A program made the translations under genes and the position numbers. A stretch of DNA of 64,000 nt from Azolla caroliniana (lineage: Eukaryota; Plantae; Polypodiophyta). This document shows, piece by piece, positions 37,101 through 47,600 of the stretch. How positions within the stretch are numbered: position 1 is the first letter of the stretch; the number at the start of each line of letters is the position of its first letter. The stretch is from contig JBHGNT010000004.1 of the NCBI GenBank assembly GCA_043228905.1, positions 19,716,001 through 19,780,000 on the forward strand, given 5' to 3'. Under the pieces are notes generated by a model. It was not told the origin of the DNA, did no database searches, and worked only from the letters and a program-made list of their open reading frames with translations.

Positions 37101-39621
37101 CTATCTCCGTCCCCAGACGGTACCCGCCCTTCTAGGGTTTATCTTTCGTACCGGCCCCGCCGGCTTCGTCCCGTCGTGGCCCGGACCGGGTCTCGTATCG
37201 TTGTGAGGGCCCGGTCGTCCCGGGTCTCCCCACCCGCTTCTCTTCTACCAGAGCCTCGTAATTCTGGCAAGCGGCTTCCACGAAGCCCGTCCTTTCCTCG
37301 ACCGGGTCGCTCCACCCGGTTATCTCCCGTACTCGTTTCTCCGCGCGGTCCGATTCCTCCCCTTCAAGCCTTGCACCGGCAAGGCCTTCCAGCATCGTCG
37401 GCCAGAATCCGGCTTTGCTTTCTCTTCGGGCCTCGCCGCCCCCGACTCGAATGCCGGCCGACGCCGAGTAGTGGACGATTTCCGCGTGCCGGGCCGCCGC
37501 CTCTTCCATCAGCCTTTTCATACCACCCTTTCCGTCGTTTCGGCTCAGGGCCCTTCGGGTGTCGCTGGCATGCACCCGTCCTTCCCACAGGTACACCACC
37601 CTGTTCCTCAGCGCCTCCGCGAAGTCGCCGCAGTCCTTCCGAATGTGGCCGACTTCATCGCACCACATGCACCTGTTTCCTGCCGCCGGCCGTCGGTCAC
37701 GAGCCGGTTCGCCTCCTTCCCTTCGGGCCTGCGCGATTTGGAGGTCCTTTATCGCCTTCGTCAATTCCTCCAGCGCCGCTCCTCCGGTTGAGCCTCTGAC
37801 TACGCCGGTCGAAGCCGAACCGGTTTCCAACCACTCCCGGGTCTCTTCCTTGCGCACCTGTGGCGCTGGTTCGAGCTTCCTTGCTGCGACCGAGCCCGAC
37901 CCGGTCGCCCCGTTATCCGCCCATTCTCGCCGTTTGTCGAAACGGCCACAGACCTTCCTGACAGCCGCCCAGTCGGTAGTGAGCCCGTCTTCGGTTTCCA
38001 GCAAGAGGCCCACTTGCTCCCGATCCCGCTCGTCGACCGACTTGACAAACAGCAAGACCCGGCTCGTGTCCAGGATGGTTCGGTCGAGCGCCGAAAGGCG
38101 CGCAAAGTTTTCCTCGAACTCCCGGAGGAGCGCCGACGCGTTTCTTCCCTTCCCCGGGGACTCCACCCATTCCATGAACCTTCGCTTCGAAAGCCGGAGC
38201 GCGTCGTCCAGCCCGTATTTCTCTAGGAGCCGACCTTCGAACTCCTCCCAGGTACGGCTCTCCGTCCGCACCTCGAGCACCTCCGCATGGATGCTCGGCA
38301 TCGCCACTCGGGGAAATCCGGCAAGACGCCTTTCTTCCGGAATGTCCCGCATCAGCATCTCTGCACCGTAGGACGCCAAATACTTCGTGTCATCCTTCCC
38401 ATCGAACCGGCCGATCGTGCCGACGACCGCCTCAATAGCTCTGTCGAGGGCACCGGTGCTCTCGCGCGCGTTTACAATCCGATCCACGGCCGAAGCCATG
38501 GCCTCTGCGAGATCCGACCCCCTCATCTTCTGCTCTTCTGCCGCCTCTTTCACGTCGGGTTCACCAAAGATGTCGAGATATTATGCAAGTGCGTGTGGAA
38601 TCGAGGCGGGACCGCGGGGGTCTCGGACCAAAGAGCAAGCGAGGGAGGAGAAAGAGAGAGAACCGGCTACGCAGGACCGGGGATACACAGGGACACGGCC
38701 CTTCAGCACGGAGAACGCGGACAGAGACCGACACAGACAGATGTGAATGACTTAATATGTATATTAAGAAAATGGCTAATCACGACTACAACCCTCGATG
38801 GGGCACAGGTTGGTTACAACCGAACAGGCCGGCGAACAGGTGCCGATGCCTGTTCACTTCGACGCACAAAGGGGCTGCCGGAAGCACTCGGGCGTTCCTC
38901 GAAATAGCGCGAGCCTCCTCGGAACCCTGCACAGAAAGCTATGGAGCTCAAGAAGGAAGGAAACAGAGAGAGAGAAGCGTCCAGAAACGGTCCGACAGCA
39001 CTTCGTCCTCTCCGTCCCCCGATCCCCCTGCAACAGCTCTTTCCTGCTCTTATATAGCCCGACGAGCAGGCCGTCCTGTCATCTTTATTCCCTGTCCCTT
39101 TTGAACAGGGATCCGCTCCGTTCTTCGCGCATCCGCGTAGTTACGCCGCCTACTCGTGCCGTCCCTTAGCTCGCGCGCGCCACCGAAAAGACTGTTCGCG
39201 CGGTCTTTGTCTCCACCTATGTTAGGGCCCGTTCCTGCCGATTATCCCCCGAACTTGCTTCTTCGTGCTACTTGGAGCTTGCGCGCGTGAAGAACCGGTT
39301 CCCACGCCTAGGTGCGCCGATTCCGCCTATGGACGGTTTTCTTCACGACAGCGTTCCATCAAATTTCACAGGAAGTCCAATCTTGGGCTCTTTATGAAAT
39401 CCTTGGGGACTGGATCCTTGTTGTTGCAACGCTGCTTCGAGTTGTTGTACCCGTAACGCTAACTCCCCATGTTGTTGTTGCGTTTGTTGTTTTTCTAGAG
39501 CGATTTGTTGCAGATCCCCTATTAGCCGTTGGTTTTCTTGTTCCAGGGCAACAAACTTTTCTTTTAGGCACTGTAGCTCGGAGAAAACGGATTGGTATTC
39601 TTGGGCGCTAACAGTAGCCAT
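31179..39621 (-). CDS. gag: Gag of element B, interrupted by Gypsy C (parts 39621-39351 and 32065-31179)
   Basis: Removing C and one GCGT copy restores in-frame KFDGTRSQFRGFL; retrotransposon-gag core LRQG...Y...F and CCHC knuckle CLYCGGPGHIAINC. Confidence 0.92.
32921..36277 (-). CDS. pol: Intact Pol (RT-RNase H-IN) of element C; frame open upstream to the slippery site at about 36403
   Basis: YDQFQLA, LPQGGTNS, FLDD, RH VDTS, H..H..C..C, D-D-E (GKVERGH), FGPY. Confidence 0.95.
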   Translation of the reverse strand: MVGITGREKTKTEGRLRACGVLGPDEEINGAVEAVSFDDTLGMLGRIVEEDLIEDRAIPVCSEEMYEVIADFGRGLESERTARVSTKYKTVDRKVRPVAAPLPEGSESRIKGVASDPSLRDPACIGHTFTNETLRELKISGGGFLLPAEEDRFRRMLGRHGKAFAFSPEEIGCVDPTTVEPMVIFTVPHVPWNLKPIPVPRAHIPKLMELLKQKVDMGILEPSSAPYSNRWFTVPKKNGSLRFIQDLQPVNRVTIRNAGIGPTIDEFAEAFAGRSIYSVGDLYSGYDQFQLAVESRDITTMRTPLGLVRMCTLPQGGTNSVAHMVNAMNKVLRDCIPDITMPFLDDIPIKGCPVEERDETTGPDGCRRFVVTHIDDCEKVLQRLEDARLTFSGEKSAFGQSEIMVVGHLCGSYGRKPSPAKVEAISAMKPDCSSVTEVRRFLGACAFYHIWIPHYAHVAEPLYGLLKKGRRFEWLDKHTESVRKLKEALSAAPALRKAVYRKGTPVYITVDTSPTGIGWVVNQEDEDGNRFPVRFGAKVLSERQRGYAQVKRELWGIVSAVKADKDYLIGTEVIIETDCMPILSMISGCATPDLAMLRWIAYIKSLDPEIRHISGKDNAMADMLSRARFDDEGGMVSEDEDVGVDFFETAYVTTDGTSTPALNDFDASKYEGEWLQIGGFLKTMTPDASWTKDEANRIRKKAYRFFLRDGYLWKHPKKKDGVPLRVVAMKEEQEELLTAYHDSPWAGHRGTWATFEKLKGKYWWSGQYQDVHRFVTTCESCQMHSVVRHRDELHPTYPPAIHFKWMVDLVTMPMGVGQMRYLVLAREDLTNQVEGRALPNKTTAAVCRFLIEDVICRYGCVGKIVADRGELDAEEAAELFDRLGVELSLTTAYNPEANGKVERGHGPIVKALVRACGGRVGDWPRLLPYALWADRTTHSSVTGYMPTELMFGQKPIMPTERTISSWATVDWRDEMSREELLAARIRQLERRPEDVELATEKLRVARKKNKARFDRTHRLRPKKIEEGDWVLVYDSSLDNQHRATRKFARRWFGPYVVQSANDNGTYHLAELDGTRMTIPVAGKRIKAFKKRHDDEPDPALLVGSDERSENEDEPTGEE
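36400..37131 (-). CDS. Aspartic protease region of element C, in frame with gag behind a single TAG
   Basis: ALVDHGSEINL and VILGEP motifs; same frame as gag 37132-38553; ends REDF*. Confidence 0.88.
   Translation of the reverse strand, partial: KGGYRLGTEIERTTDLRKVLEERILDSKVELSLREVLGIAKKEFHDSIVDLVKRKRLSTETEPERPVEVRTTHLDDMALGDEWAESHYSRPHWARATTETPVKIGDVQEPVIALVDHGSEINLMSMDFYKKGKWPINTKHGWKIRAATRATEELHGACPNVRVKIGDVEIDQHFFVQETSSHPVILGEPYITAARMETKVLDNGSAYARVKSQDGRHSVQFLTVRPNHERNRDSLGSANREDF
37132..38553 (-). CDS. gag: Gag of element C
   Basis: GRFDGKD..KYL motif and CCHC knuckle CMWCDEVGHIRKDC; first ATG a few codons after the PBS. Confidence 0.9.
   Translation of the reverse strand: MKEAAEEQKMRGSDLAEAMASAVDRIVNARESTGALDRAIEAVVGTIGRFDGKDDTKYLASYGAEMLMRDIPEERRLAGFPRVAMPSIHAEVLEVRTESRTWEEFEGRLLEKYGLDDALRLSKRRFMEWVESPGKGRNASALLREFEENFARLSALDRTILDTSRVLLFVKSVDERDREQVGLLLETEDGLTTDWAAVRKVCGRFDKRREWADNGATGSGSVAARKLEPAPQVRKEETREWLETGSASTGVVRGSTGGAALEELTKAIKDLQIAQARREGGEPARDRRPAAGNRCMWCDEVGHIRKDCGDFAEALRNRVVYLWEGRVHASDTRRALSRNDGKGGMKRLMEEAAARHAEIVHYSASAGIRVGGGEARRESKAGFWPTMLEGLAGARLEGEESDRAEKRVREITGWSDPVEERTGFVEAACQNYEALVEEKRVGRPGTTGPSQRYETRSGPRRDEAGGAGTKDKP
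38549..38566 (-). promoter_or_regulatory. Primer-binding site complementary to the 3' end of plant tRNA-Trp (second copy in E at 55875-55892)
   Basis: TGGTGAACCCGACGTGAA is the reverse complement of ...TTCACGTCGGGTTCA-CCA, the plant tRNA-Trp 3' end as I recall it. Confidence 0.85.
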
Positions 39622-42600
39622 AGTATAGGGAAAAGGGTAGGAGGATGAGGGAGAGTGACAAGTAGGCTAGAGGGAAAATTGGTTCAAACTGTCAGGAATA
39701 GTACTAAAACAGAGATGGAATTAGTACTAAGAGGACGGGACTGCGTAAGATTCCCGAGAGAGGAAGTGAGAAGAGGAGAGAGAGAGAGATAGCGAGAATG
39801 AGAGAGATGATGACAGCAGCTATATATTATGTGAAAAGATAAGTACAAGCGGCTAAGAGGCTTAAGACTGGCGTTGAACCAATTTGGTTCAAAACAATGC
39901 CTTGTGCCTCCTTTTATAGTGTTTTTAGGAATAATCTTGAAGCTTCTAGAATGTTCCAGAGAGATCTGGAATATACATCAATTTTCTATGATAAAGTATA
40001 AATGAAAATAATATCCTACAAAATACAATTCCTAATCTAATGGTAAGAGCTCGACCCATGTAGCATAAAGTCATGGGTTCGAGTCTTGCCATGACAGATA
40101 AGTTACGATCAACATCAATAATAAAAGAAGACGAAGAAATCGTGGGAGTAGTCGAATAAGTGTTTTATGGGAGCATGCTACAACGACTTGAAGAGCTTGC
40201 GAAAGAAAAGAGCCAGGGAGATCGAGTAGTTCCGGTGGAATCGGTCGAGATGTACGAGATCATTGGGAAAATGGGGCCGGATGCGCTCCGCAAAGAAGAA
40301 GCAATGATAAGTACGGAATACAAGACCGTGGAGAAGAAAGTGAAACCGTCCGCGGGACCGCTACCTGCCGATAGCGAACACAAGAGGAAAGAAGTCTCGG
40401 GAGATCCGACACTTCGAAAGTCCTTGGATATCAGACATGCCTTCACGGATGAGACCCGGAAAAAACTTCGGATCGGTGGAGGTGGTTTCCTCTTACAAAA
40501 AGAAGAAGAACGGTTTCGTTAGATGTTGGAACAACATGGAAAAGCATTTGCATTCACATCGAAGGAGATAGGGTACGTTGATCTGAAGATAGTGGAGCTG
40601 ATGGTGATCTTCACGATTGATCATGTGCCGTGGAACTGGAAGCCGATTCCGGTGCCACAGGCGCATATTCTGAAAGTCATCGACTTGCTCAAGGAGAAAG
40701 TGGTGATGGAGATTCTAGAGCCATCAAACGGTTCGTACTCAAATCGATGGTTTACGGTTCCGAAGAAGAATGGGTCACTCCGGTTTATTCAAGACTTGCA
40801 ACCGGTGAACAAGGTCACGATTCGGAACTCCGGAGTCGGTCCGATAGTGGACGAATTTGGGGAAGCATTTGCCGGACGCGCGATATACTCCATCAGAGAC
40901 CTATACTCCGGGTATGACCAATTCCAACTAGCCATGGAAAGCCAAGACATGACTACCACGCGAACACCGATAGGATTAATCCGTATGTGTACACTACCAC
41001 AAGGTGCAACGAACTCGATCGCACATATGATGAATGCAATGAACAAGGTGCTTCAAGACTGCATTCCGGAGATAACAATGCCGTTCCTAGATGACATTTC
41101 GATGAAAGGATGCGCGGTGGAAGAAAACTATGAGACTATGGATGATCGGGGATGTCGACAGTTCGTATACGACCATATTTGCGATTGCGAGAAAGTGCTA
41201 CGAAACCTAGAAGATGTGCACCTAACACTTTCTGGAGAGATATCGGCATTCGGACAAGAAGAAATATTGGTAGTCGGACATCTATGTGGGCCCTACGGCC
41301 GAAGACCGTTACAAACCAAGATCAATGCAATTCAATCTATGAAAGAAGTATGCAAGTCACAATCTGAAGTCTGAAGGTTTCTTGGAGCATGTGCATTCTA
41401 TCATATATGGATTCCACACTATGCACATATTGCGGACCCACTCTATCACTTGTTGCGGAAGGGTAAGAAGTTCGAATGGAGACCGGAACATACCAAACCC
41501 ATGAAGAAGCTTAAGAAAACACTACGGAGGCCGGAATCACTTAAGAAGTCGAGCTATGATCGACCGATCATAGTAACGGTTGACACAAGTCCAACCGGAA
41601 TTGGATGGGTCATCAATCAAGCCAATTCGGATGGTTCGCGATATCCGTTCCGATTCAGAGCAAAGGTTCTCAACGAAAGGCAACGCGGGTATGCACAAGT
41701 CAAAAGAGAATTATGGGTAGTCATGCCGGCAATCAAATCGGATCGGGATTATTTGATCGGAGCCGAAGTAGTGATCGAAACGGATTGTCTTCTAATACTC
41801 GGGATGATGCGGGACTACTTTGCTTCGGAGCACATATGCCAGGTGAACGTAATCCGAGAATTCCAAGAAGAAGAATACGAGGGAGAAAGCTTGCTGATCG
41901 GGAAAGTGCTAATAGAAATCGAGGAATCATCAGACAATAAAAAGAAGAGAGCCGAGATCCGAAATTAGAAGCGGCAAGTTCGAAAGTTCTTCTTGAAAAA
42001 TGGATTAATATGGAGGGAGCCGAAAAGACCGGATGGCATACCACTTCAAGTAGTCGGGACATCGGGGAACATGGGCAATATTTGTGAAGATTAAGCAAAG
42101 ATATTGGTGGAAGAATATGTACAAAGATGTCGCGGAGTTCACGGAAAGCTATGAGAAATGCAAAGTCTACTCCGGGGTTCGACACCGAGATGAGTTACAT
42201 CCGACATTCTCACTGACAATCAATTTCAAATGGATGGTTTACATTGTAGCCATGCCAACCCGGATCGGACAAAAGAAGTACTTGGTGTTAGCTCGGGAAG
42301 ATCTCACAAACCAAGTAGAAGGTCGGGCGCTATGAAGGAAAACGTGTTCTGGGGTATGCCAATTTCTTTTGGTGGAGGTGTTTTGCAGGTACGGGTGTGT
42401 AGGACAGGTGATTGCGGATCGGGGAGAACTCGACTCTAAGAAAGCTAGGGAATTATTCACCAAACATGGAGTTCGGTTAACACTAACAACGACATACAGT
42501 CCGGAGGCCAATGGGAAAATCGAACGAGGACATAGTCCGATCGTCAAAGCACTTGCCAAATCATGCAATGGAAGGGTGAAGGATTGACCGCAGATGCTCC

Positions 42601-44477
42601 TGTATGCACTATGGGCGGATCGGACGACGCATAGCTCCGTAACCTGTTATATGCCGATAGAACTTATGACCGGACAAGCACCGATAATGCTGACGGAAAC
42701 CACAATCGCAACATGGACAATGCTACCGTGGAAGGAAGAGATGAGGCGGGAAGAACTACTTGCGGTCCGGATATGACAACTAGAGGGAAGACCGGAAGAC
42801 ATTGCGGAAGCAACACGCCGACAACAAGAAGGGCGATTCCAGAGCAAAAGCCGGTTCGACACAAATCACCGACTACGACCACGGAAGATTGAAGAAGGAG
42901 ATTGGGTGATTGTCTATGACAGTAGTTTGGATCATCAACATACAATGATACGGAAGTTCACGAAAAGGTGGTTCGGGCCATACGAGGTTCGGAGTGTTTT
43001 TGACAATAGAACTTACCGATTATGCGAGTTGGATGGAACGATACTACGAGTGCCTATAGCGCGGAAACGGGCAAAGATCTTCAAGAAGCGGACTGATGAC
43101 GAACCCTATGTAACCCTAGACAAAACCGACAACGAGGAGTAACCGGACAAAAATCATGGTGATGCGGAAAGCAAAGAAAGTGGACTTCAACTCGTAGTCG
43201 ACATAAGGGGAGAATTGGAAGAATTGGAGAGTGCTACGGATGAAGGCGAATAATGAGCATCGGGAACTTCGGTACATACTGGAGGATGTACGGATTGGAG
43301 GGGGCGAGTGTCGTAGTGTAATTCGCACACTACGTAAAATTTGCATTTTGGTTCCTCCGGATGGGACATGGAGGAACCGACAAGGAGAAACTAGTAAGGA
43401 GGACCCGGTAAGGTGAACCAGTGAGAACCGGATGAAGGAGGGACCGGCAAGGAGGACCCGGTAAGAACCGGATCAAGTAGAACCGGCAAGAGCTGGATAA
43501 AGAAGGCTTGTGAGAGTCTCTCACCGGATGAAGAGGCAAATTTGCAAAATAGAAGAAAAAGATTGTTACGTGCATAGGGCAAGATTTGAACCTTGCATCT
43601 CCACGTAGACAAACCCCAACCTTACCATTGTACTAACTTATCCTAAGTGTTTTAAATACAGATTTAATACGTATAAGACCTTTATTTACGTCTACCTTTA
43701 TTAAAAGGTAAGTCATGCATTTTTAGAATGCGTGAATACTTTATTTATAAGAAAAATGTACACCAATAAAAAATTACTCATGCACATCTTGGGAGCATGA
43801 GCACTATATTTAGGAAATAAAAACATAGTGTAAAAAGCAACTCATGCACATTTAGTGTGCATGAACAGTTTAGAAAAGGCATGAAGCTATGCTTAGCCTC
43901 TTCCATCCTTATATAAGGAGGAGAGAAAGATGTATGGTGTTGTTGATTATTTTTACAAGGATTGATCAATCTAATATATTCATGGGATTCACGAGTTTAT
44001 CATCAAAATTCTCTTTCTTACAATCTAAATATTGATTAAATACACTAAACACGTGGGATTCACAAGTTTTATTTCTCACTTCTCTTTCTACCTATTCGTA
44101 ACTAGCCTTATATTGTATTCTTCTTTCTCCTAGTCCAAAACCTCAGTGGTTCCCACCCGACTCACGCAATGATCCGGAGCCGAAAGGCACGACAACGCAA
44201 TCGTTGCGTGATCTTCGTGTTCCAGGCACGCGGGGCTTGCTTTAGTCCGTAAAGGGACTTCTTCAACCGGCATACCGCCGAAGTGTTTGTTCTAGAGTGA
44301 AATCCGGGGGGTTGTATCATGTACACTTGGTCCTCAAGCTCACCTTGTAGGAATGCATTCTTTACATACATTTGATGTAAGTGCCACCCCTTCACCATAG
44401 CTACTACAAGCAAAACACGGATGGTTGTCATCTTCGCGACCGACGCAAACGTCTCATCGTAATGGATGTCGTGTTGC

Positions 44478-44521
44478 TGAGAACGTAAGTGTTTGCGGAA
44501 GCGTAAAACAGAGAACAACAC

Positions 44522-44601
<80 letters not shown>

Positions 44602-47600
44602 CAGAACACAATTTCAAAATTATATCAAAACTCTGTACACACACTGTGCTAAGTAGCACTATTTATACAAGTCCTCTTGGGACTGACAGAAGTACCATGT
44701 ACTTCAATGCTCACATGAGCATCTGACACTTACTACGAGACTATAGCTACCTAGTAGTCTATCCTATACTAGGCTTCCGATTGGACTTCCGGTTACGGAT
44801 TGCACCCGGCCTCCACTGCTTGCCGGTTCGGTTGCTCACCGTAATACCAATCCGTTTCGCCCGATCCGTCTCGCTTACCGGCTCCGGTTGAGCTTGCCGC
44901 TCAACACTCCCCCTCAAGCTCAACCTGAGGTGGGGTCGTAGTGTCGACCTCTGTGGCAGTCGGTTCTTCCAACCGACTTCTCCTAGCGTCACTCCGCCTT
45001 GCTCGCGCTCCTCGTCCGGTCCGGTCCCGTTTGCCGCGACCCCTTTGGTTCTGCGCGCCTCGACCCTCTCGGTTGGCATATCTGCTCAATAGGCCCATCT
45101 CAGCACTCATGTTGCTGTGACTCCGGCGCTTGCCGATCCGTCGGTTCTCCCACGATGGCATCGACTTCCGCTGTGTCCGTGTCCCCTTGGCCTTCAGTCG
45201 ATCCGACTCGTCCAGATCCATCTGTTGATCCGAGTCAGCTGTCTCCGACTCGTTCCAGCTCTTGTCCGAATCGTTACTCTCCGATTCGACTTCCGGCTCC
45301 AGGCCTCTCACCACATCGGACCACTTCTGAGTCTTGGCCTTCTCCATGCTTCCCTCAGCTTCTTCAGCCGGTGAACCGAAATCGAATTCTTCATTCGACT
45401 CCGCATCATGGTCAGTACCGTCGTGATGACCTCTGCACAACATGCACTTCTCTTCCTGAGTGCACAACTCTTCTTCATAGCTGCTTACTCCGACCTGTTC
45501 GGATGTGTCGACTTCCTTCGTAGACTCGGCTTCCTTCATCTTCTTGTCTCCTCTTCTTCCGGCTCTCCTCTTACCGACGGGTTCAATAGTTTTTTGACCT
45601 TTGCCCGTTTCGGTAGAGACTTTGCCCTTGCTTCTCCCCCTCAAGTGCGGCACGTCGAGATGCTGAATACCAAGCATGTCGGTAAAGTGTTGCAACTTGT
45701 CCGATCTGAGCGGGTTGGTGAAGATGTCGGCAACTTGCCGATCCGTATGAACATACCGTAGGTCAACTTCACCGCTCAGGACCCGCTCACGCACGAAGTG
45801 GTAGTGCACCTCGATGTGCTTTGTGCGAGCATGGAACACAGGGTTCCTGGCGAGCTGCAGACTGCTCATGTTGTCGCAGTAAATCGGGATCGGGGTCGGT
45901 ACCTCGATCCGCAAGTCTCGCAGCAGTCGCCGAAGCCAGATGGCTTCACAAGTGGCAACGGTAGCGGCCCGGTACTCAGCCTCAGTGCTTGACAAAGCCA
46001 CTGTGGGTTGCTTCTTGCTGCTCCACACAACGGCCGCGCCACCTATGGAGAACATGTATCCAGAAGTGGAGCGGTGATCAGACGCATCGCCGGCCCAGTC
46101 AGCATCTGTGTAACCGACAAGCTCTTCGGGTATACCTCGCCGGTATAGCAGTCCCCGGTCCTTAGTGCCGCTGACATACTGTAATATTCGTTGCGCGCAC
46201 TGAAGGTGCTCCACGGTCGGCTTCTACATGAACTGACTTACCATGCCGACCGGATAGCTGATGTCGGGTCGGGTGATGGTTAAGTAGATCAGGCTTCCGA
46301 CAACCTGTCGGAACCGTTTCTCATTGCAGGCCGGTCCGGAGTTGGGACGGAGCTTCTGGTTCCGGTCTAGGGGTGTGGAGACAGGTCGGCAATCCGTCAT
46401 GCCGAACTTATATAGCATATTCAACACGTAATGTCGTTGTGAGAGCAATATGCCGTCGGGGGTCCGGATCACTTTGATCCCAAGAAAATAATGAAGGTCC
46501 CCCAGGTCCTTCATTTCGAATGCGTCCGACAACTGGGACTTGACGCGGTTGATTTCGGGAAGACCTAGTCCGGTGATGACTAAATCATCCACATACAAGA
46601 GTATACATACCGGACCGTCAGAGCCTTTCCGGATGAACAACGAAGAGTCCGACTTAGAGACAGCAAACCCCAGCTTACGCAACCGGTGGGTGATCTTCGT
46701 GTTCCAAGCTCGGGGGGCTTGCTTCAAGCCGTAAAGCGACTTCTTCAATCGGCATACCGCCGACTTGTTCATCTCCGATTGAAATCCGTGGGGCTGAGTC
46801 ATAAAGACTTCTTCTTCAAGCTCTCCTTGAAGGAAGGCGTTCTTCACATCCATCTGGTGAAGATGCCACCCCCTTGCCGCAACAACCGCCAGTACCACAC
46901 AAACCGTCGTCATCTTCGCCACAGGAGCGAAGGTCTCGTCGTAGTCGATTCCGTGGGTCTGCGCGTATCCCTTCGCCACTAACCGGGCTTTGTACCGGTT
47001 AACAGAACCGTCGACGTTGTACTTGACCTTGTACACCCACTTGCATCCGATCGGTTTACAGTGACGGGGAGGATCAACTAGGTCCCAAGTTTCGTTGGCA
47101 TCGAGTGCCCGCATTTCTTCGTCCATAGCGGCACGCCAATTTGCGTCCTTTGCCGCTTCTGCGTAGCTCTCCGGCTCACGCACTTCTGTCACCTTAGTCA
47201 TGTACGCATAATGATGCGCCATGTATTCATTGTACCCGTACCGCATGATGGGATCCTTCTGGCGGGTTGATCGGCGCAACACACCGTCACCTGATTTGAG
47301 GCCCTTCTTGGCCAGTTCGGTCTTCGTTGCCGAAGATTTGCCTTTCTCCTTTCCGGAGTCGGATACGCACCGATCCGACTCATCGTTGCCGGTTTCGAAT
47401 TCCGACATCTTCCTCTTCCCCTTCTCTTTGCGCGTGAACCGTTTCCTCGGTTCCTTGCGCGGGGAGAGCACGACAGAGTCTCCACCACTTTCCGTCTCTT
47501 CATCCGACTGGTCCAACCGACTCAGTCGCTCGTTCGGTCCACTCAACCGTAACTATTCCGGACTCTCATCTTGAGTCCCGGTTTCATCATCCTCTGCCAG

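Larger units (their letters stand above)
32070..39350 (-). mobile_element. Gypsy C: very young non-chromovirus element; LTRs 32070-32849 and 38571-39350 (780 bp each)
   Basis: 4-bp TSD GCGT; I see only three C/T differences between the LTRs; PBS TGGTGAACCCGACGTGAA; PPT GTGGGGGCGGA. Confidence 0.96.
27168..40096 (-). mobile_element. Gypsy B: chromovirus (Tf1/Sushi/Tcn1-like); 3' LTR 27168-27598, 5' LTR 39690-40096
   Basis: TSD GATAA at 27163-27167 and 40097-40101; LTRs look identical apart from a 24-bp indel; PPT at 27599-27612. Confidence 0.96.
25236..44194 (+). mobile_element. Gypsy D right arm: partial gag, PR, pol (40102-43140), PPT and 3' LTR 43309-44194; interrupted by B
   Basis: gag pieces with CIWC...H...C knuckle; PR ALIDHESEINL; RT 40523-41374; PPT GGAGGGGGCGAG then TGTCGTAG...CACGACA; no 5' LTR. 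Confidence 0.9.

Noticed and set aside
32771-38907. Long plus-strand ORFs (242, 269, 313, 270 aa) as antisense genes in C
   Set aside because: Shadow ORFs expected opposite GC-rich coding sequence; no recognisable domains
19811-44194. One giant element with terminal inverted repeats (DIRS, Polinton or foldback type)
   Set aside because: The ends are ordinary Gypsy 3' LTRs with PPTs; flanks ACGT and ACGC are not identical, about 0.9 kb of host is missing, and there is no tyrosine recombinase or polB
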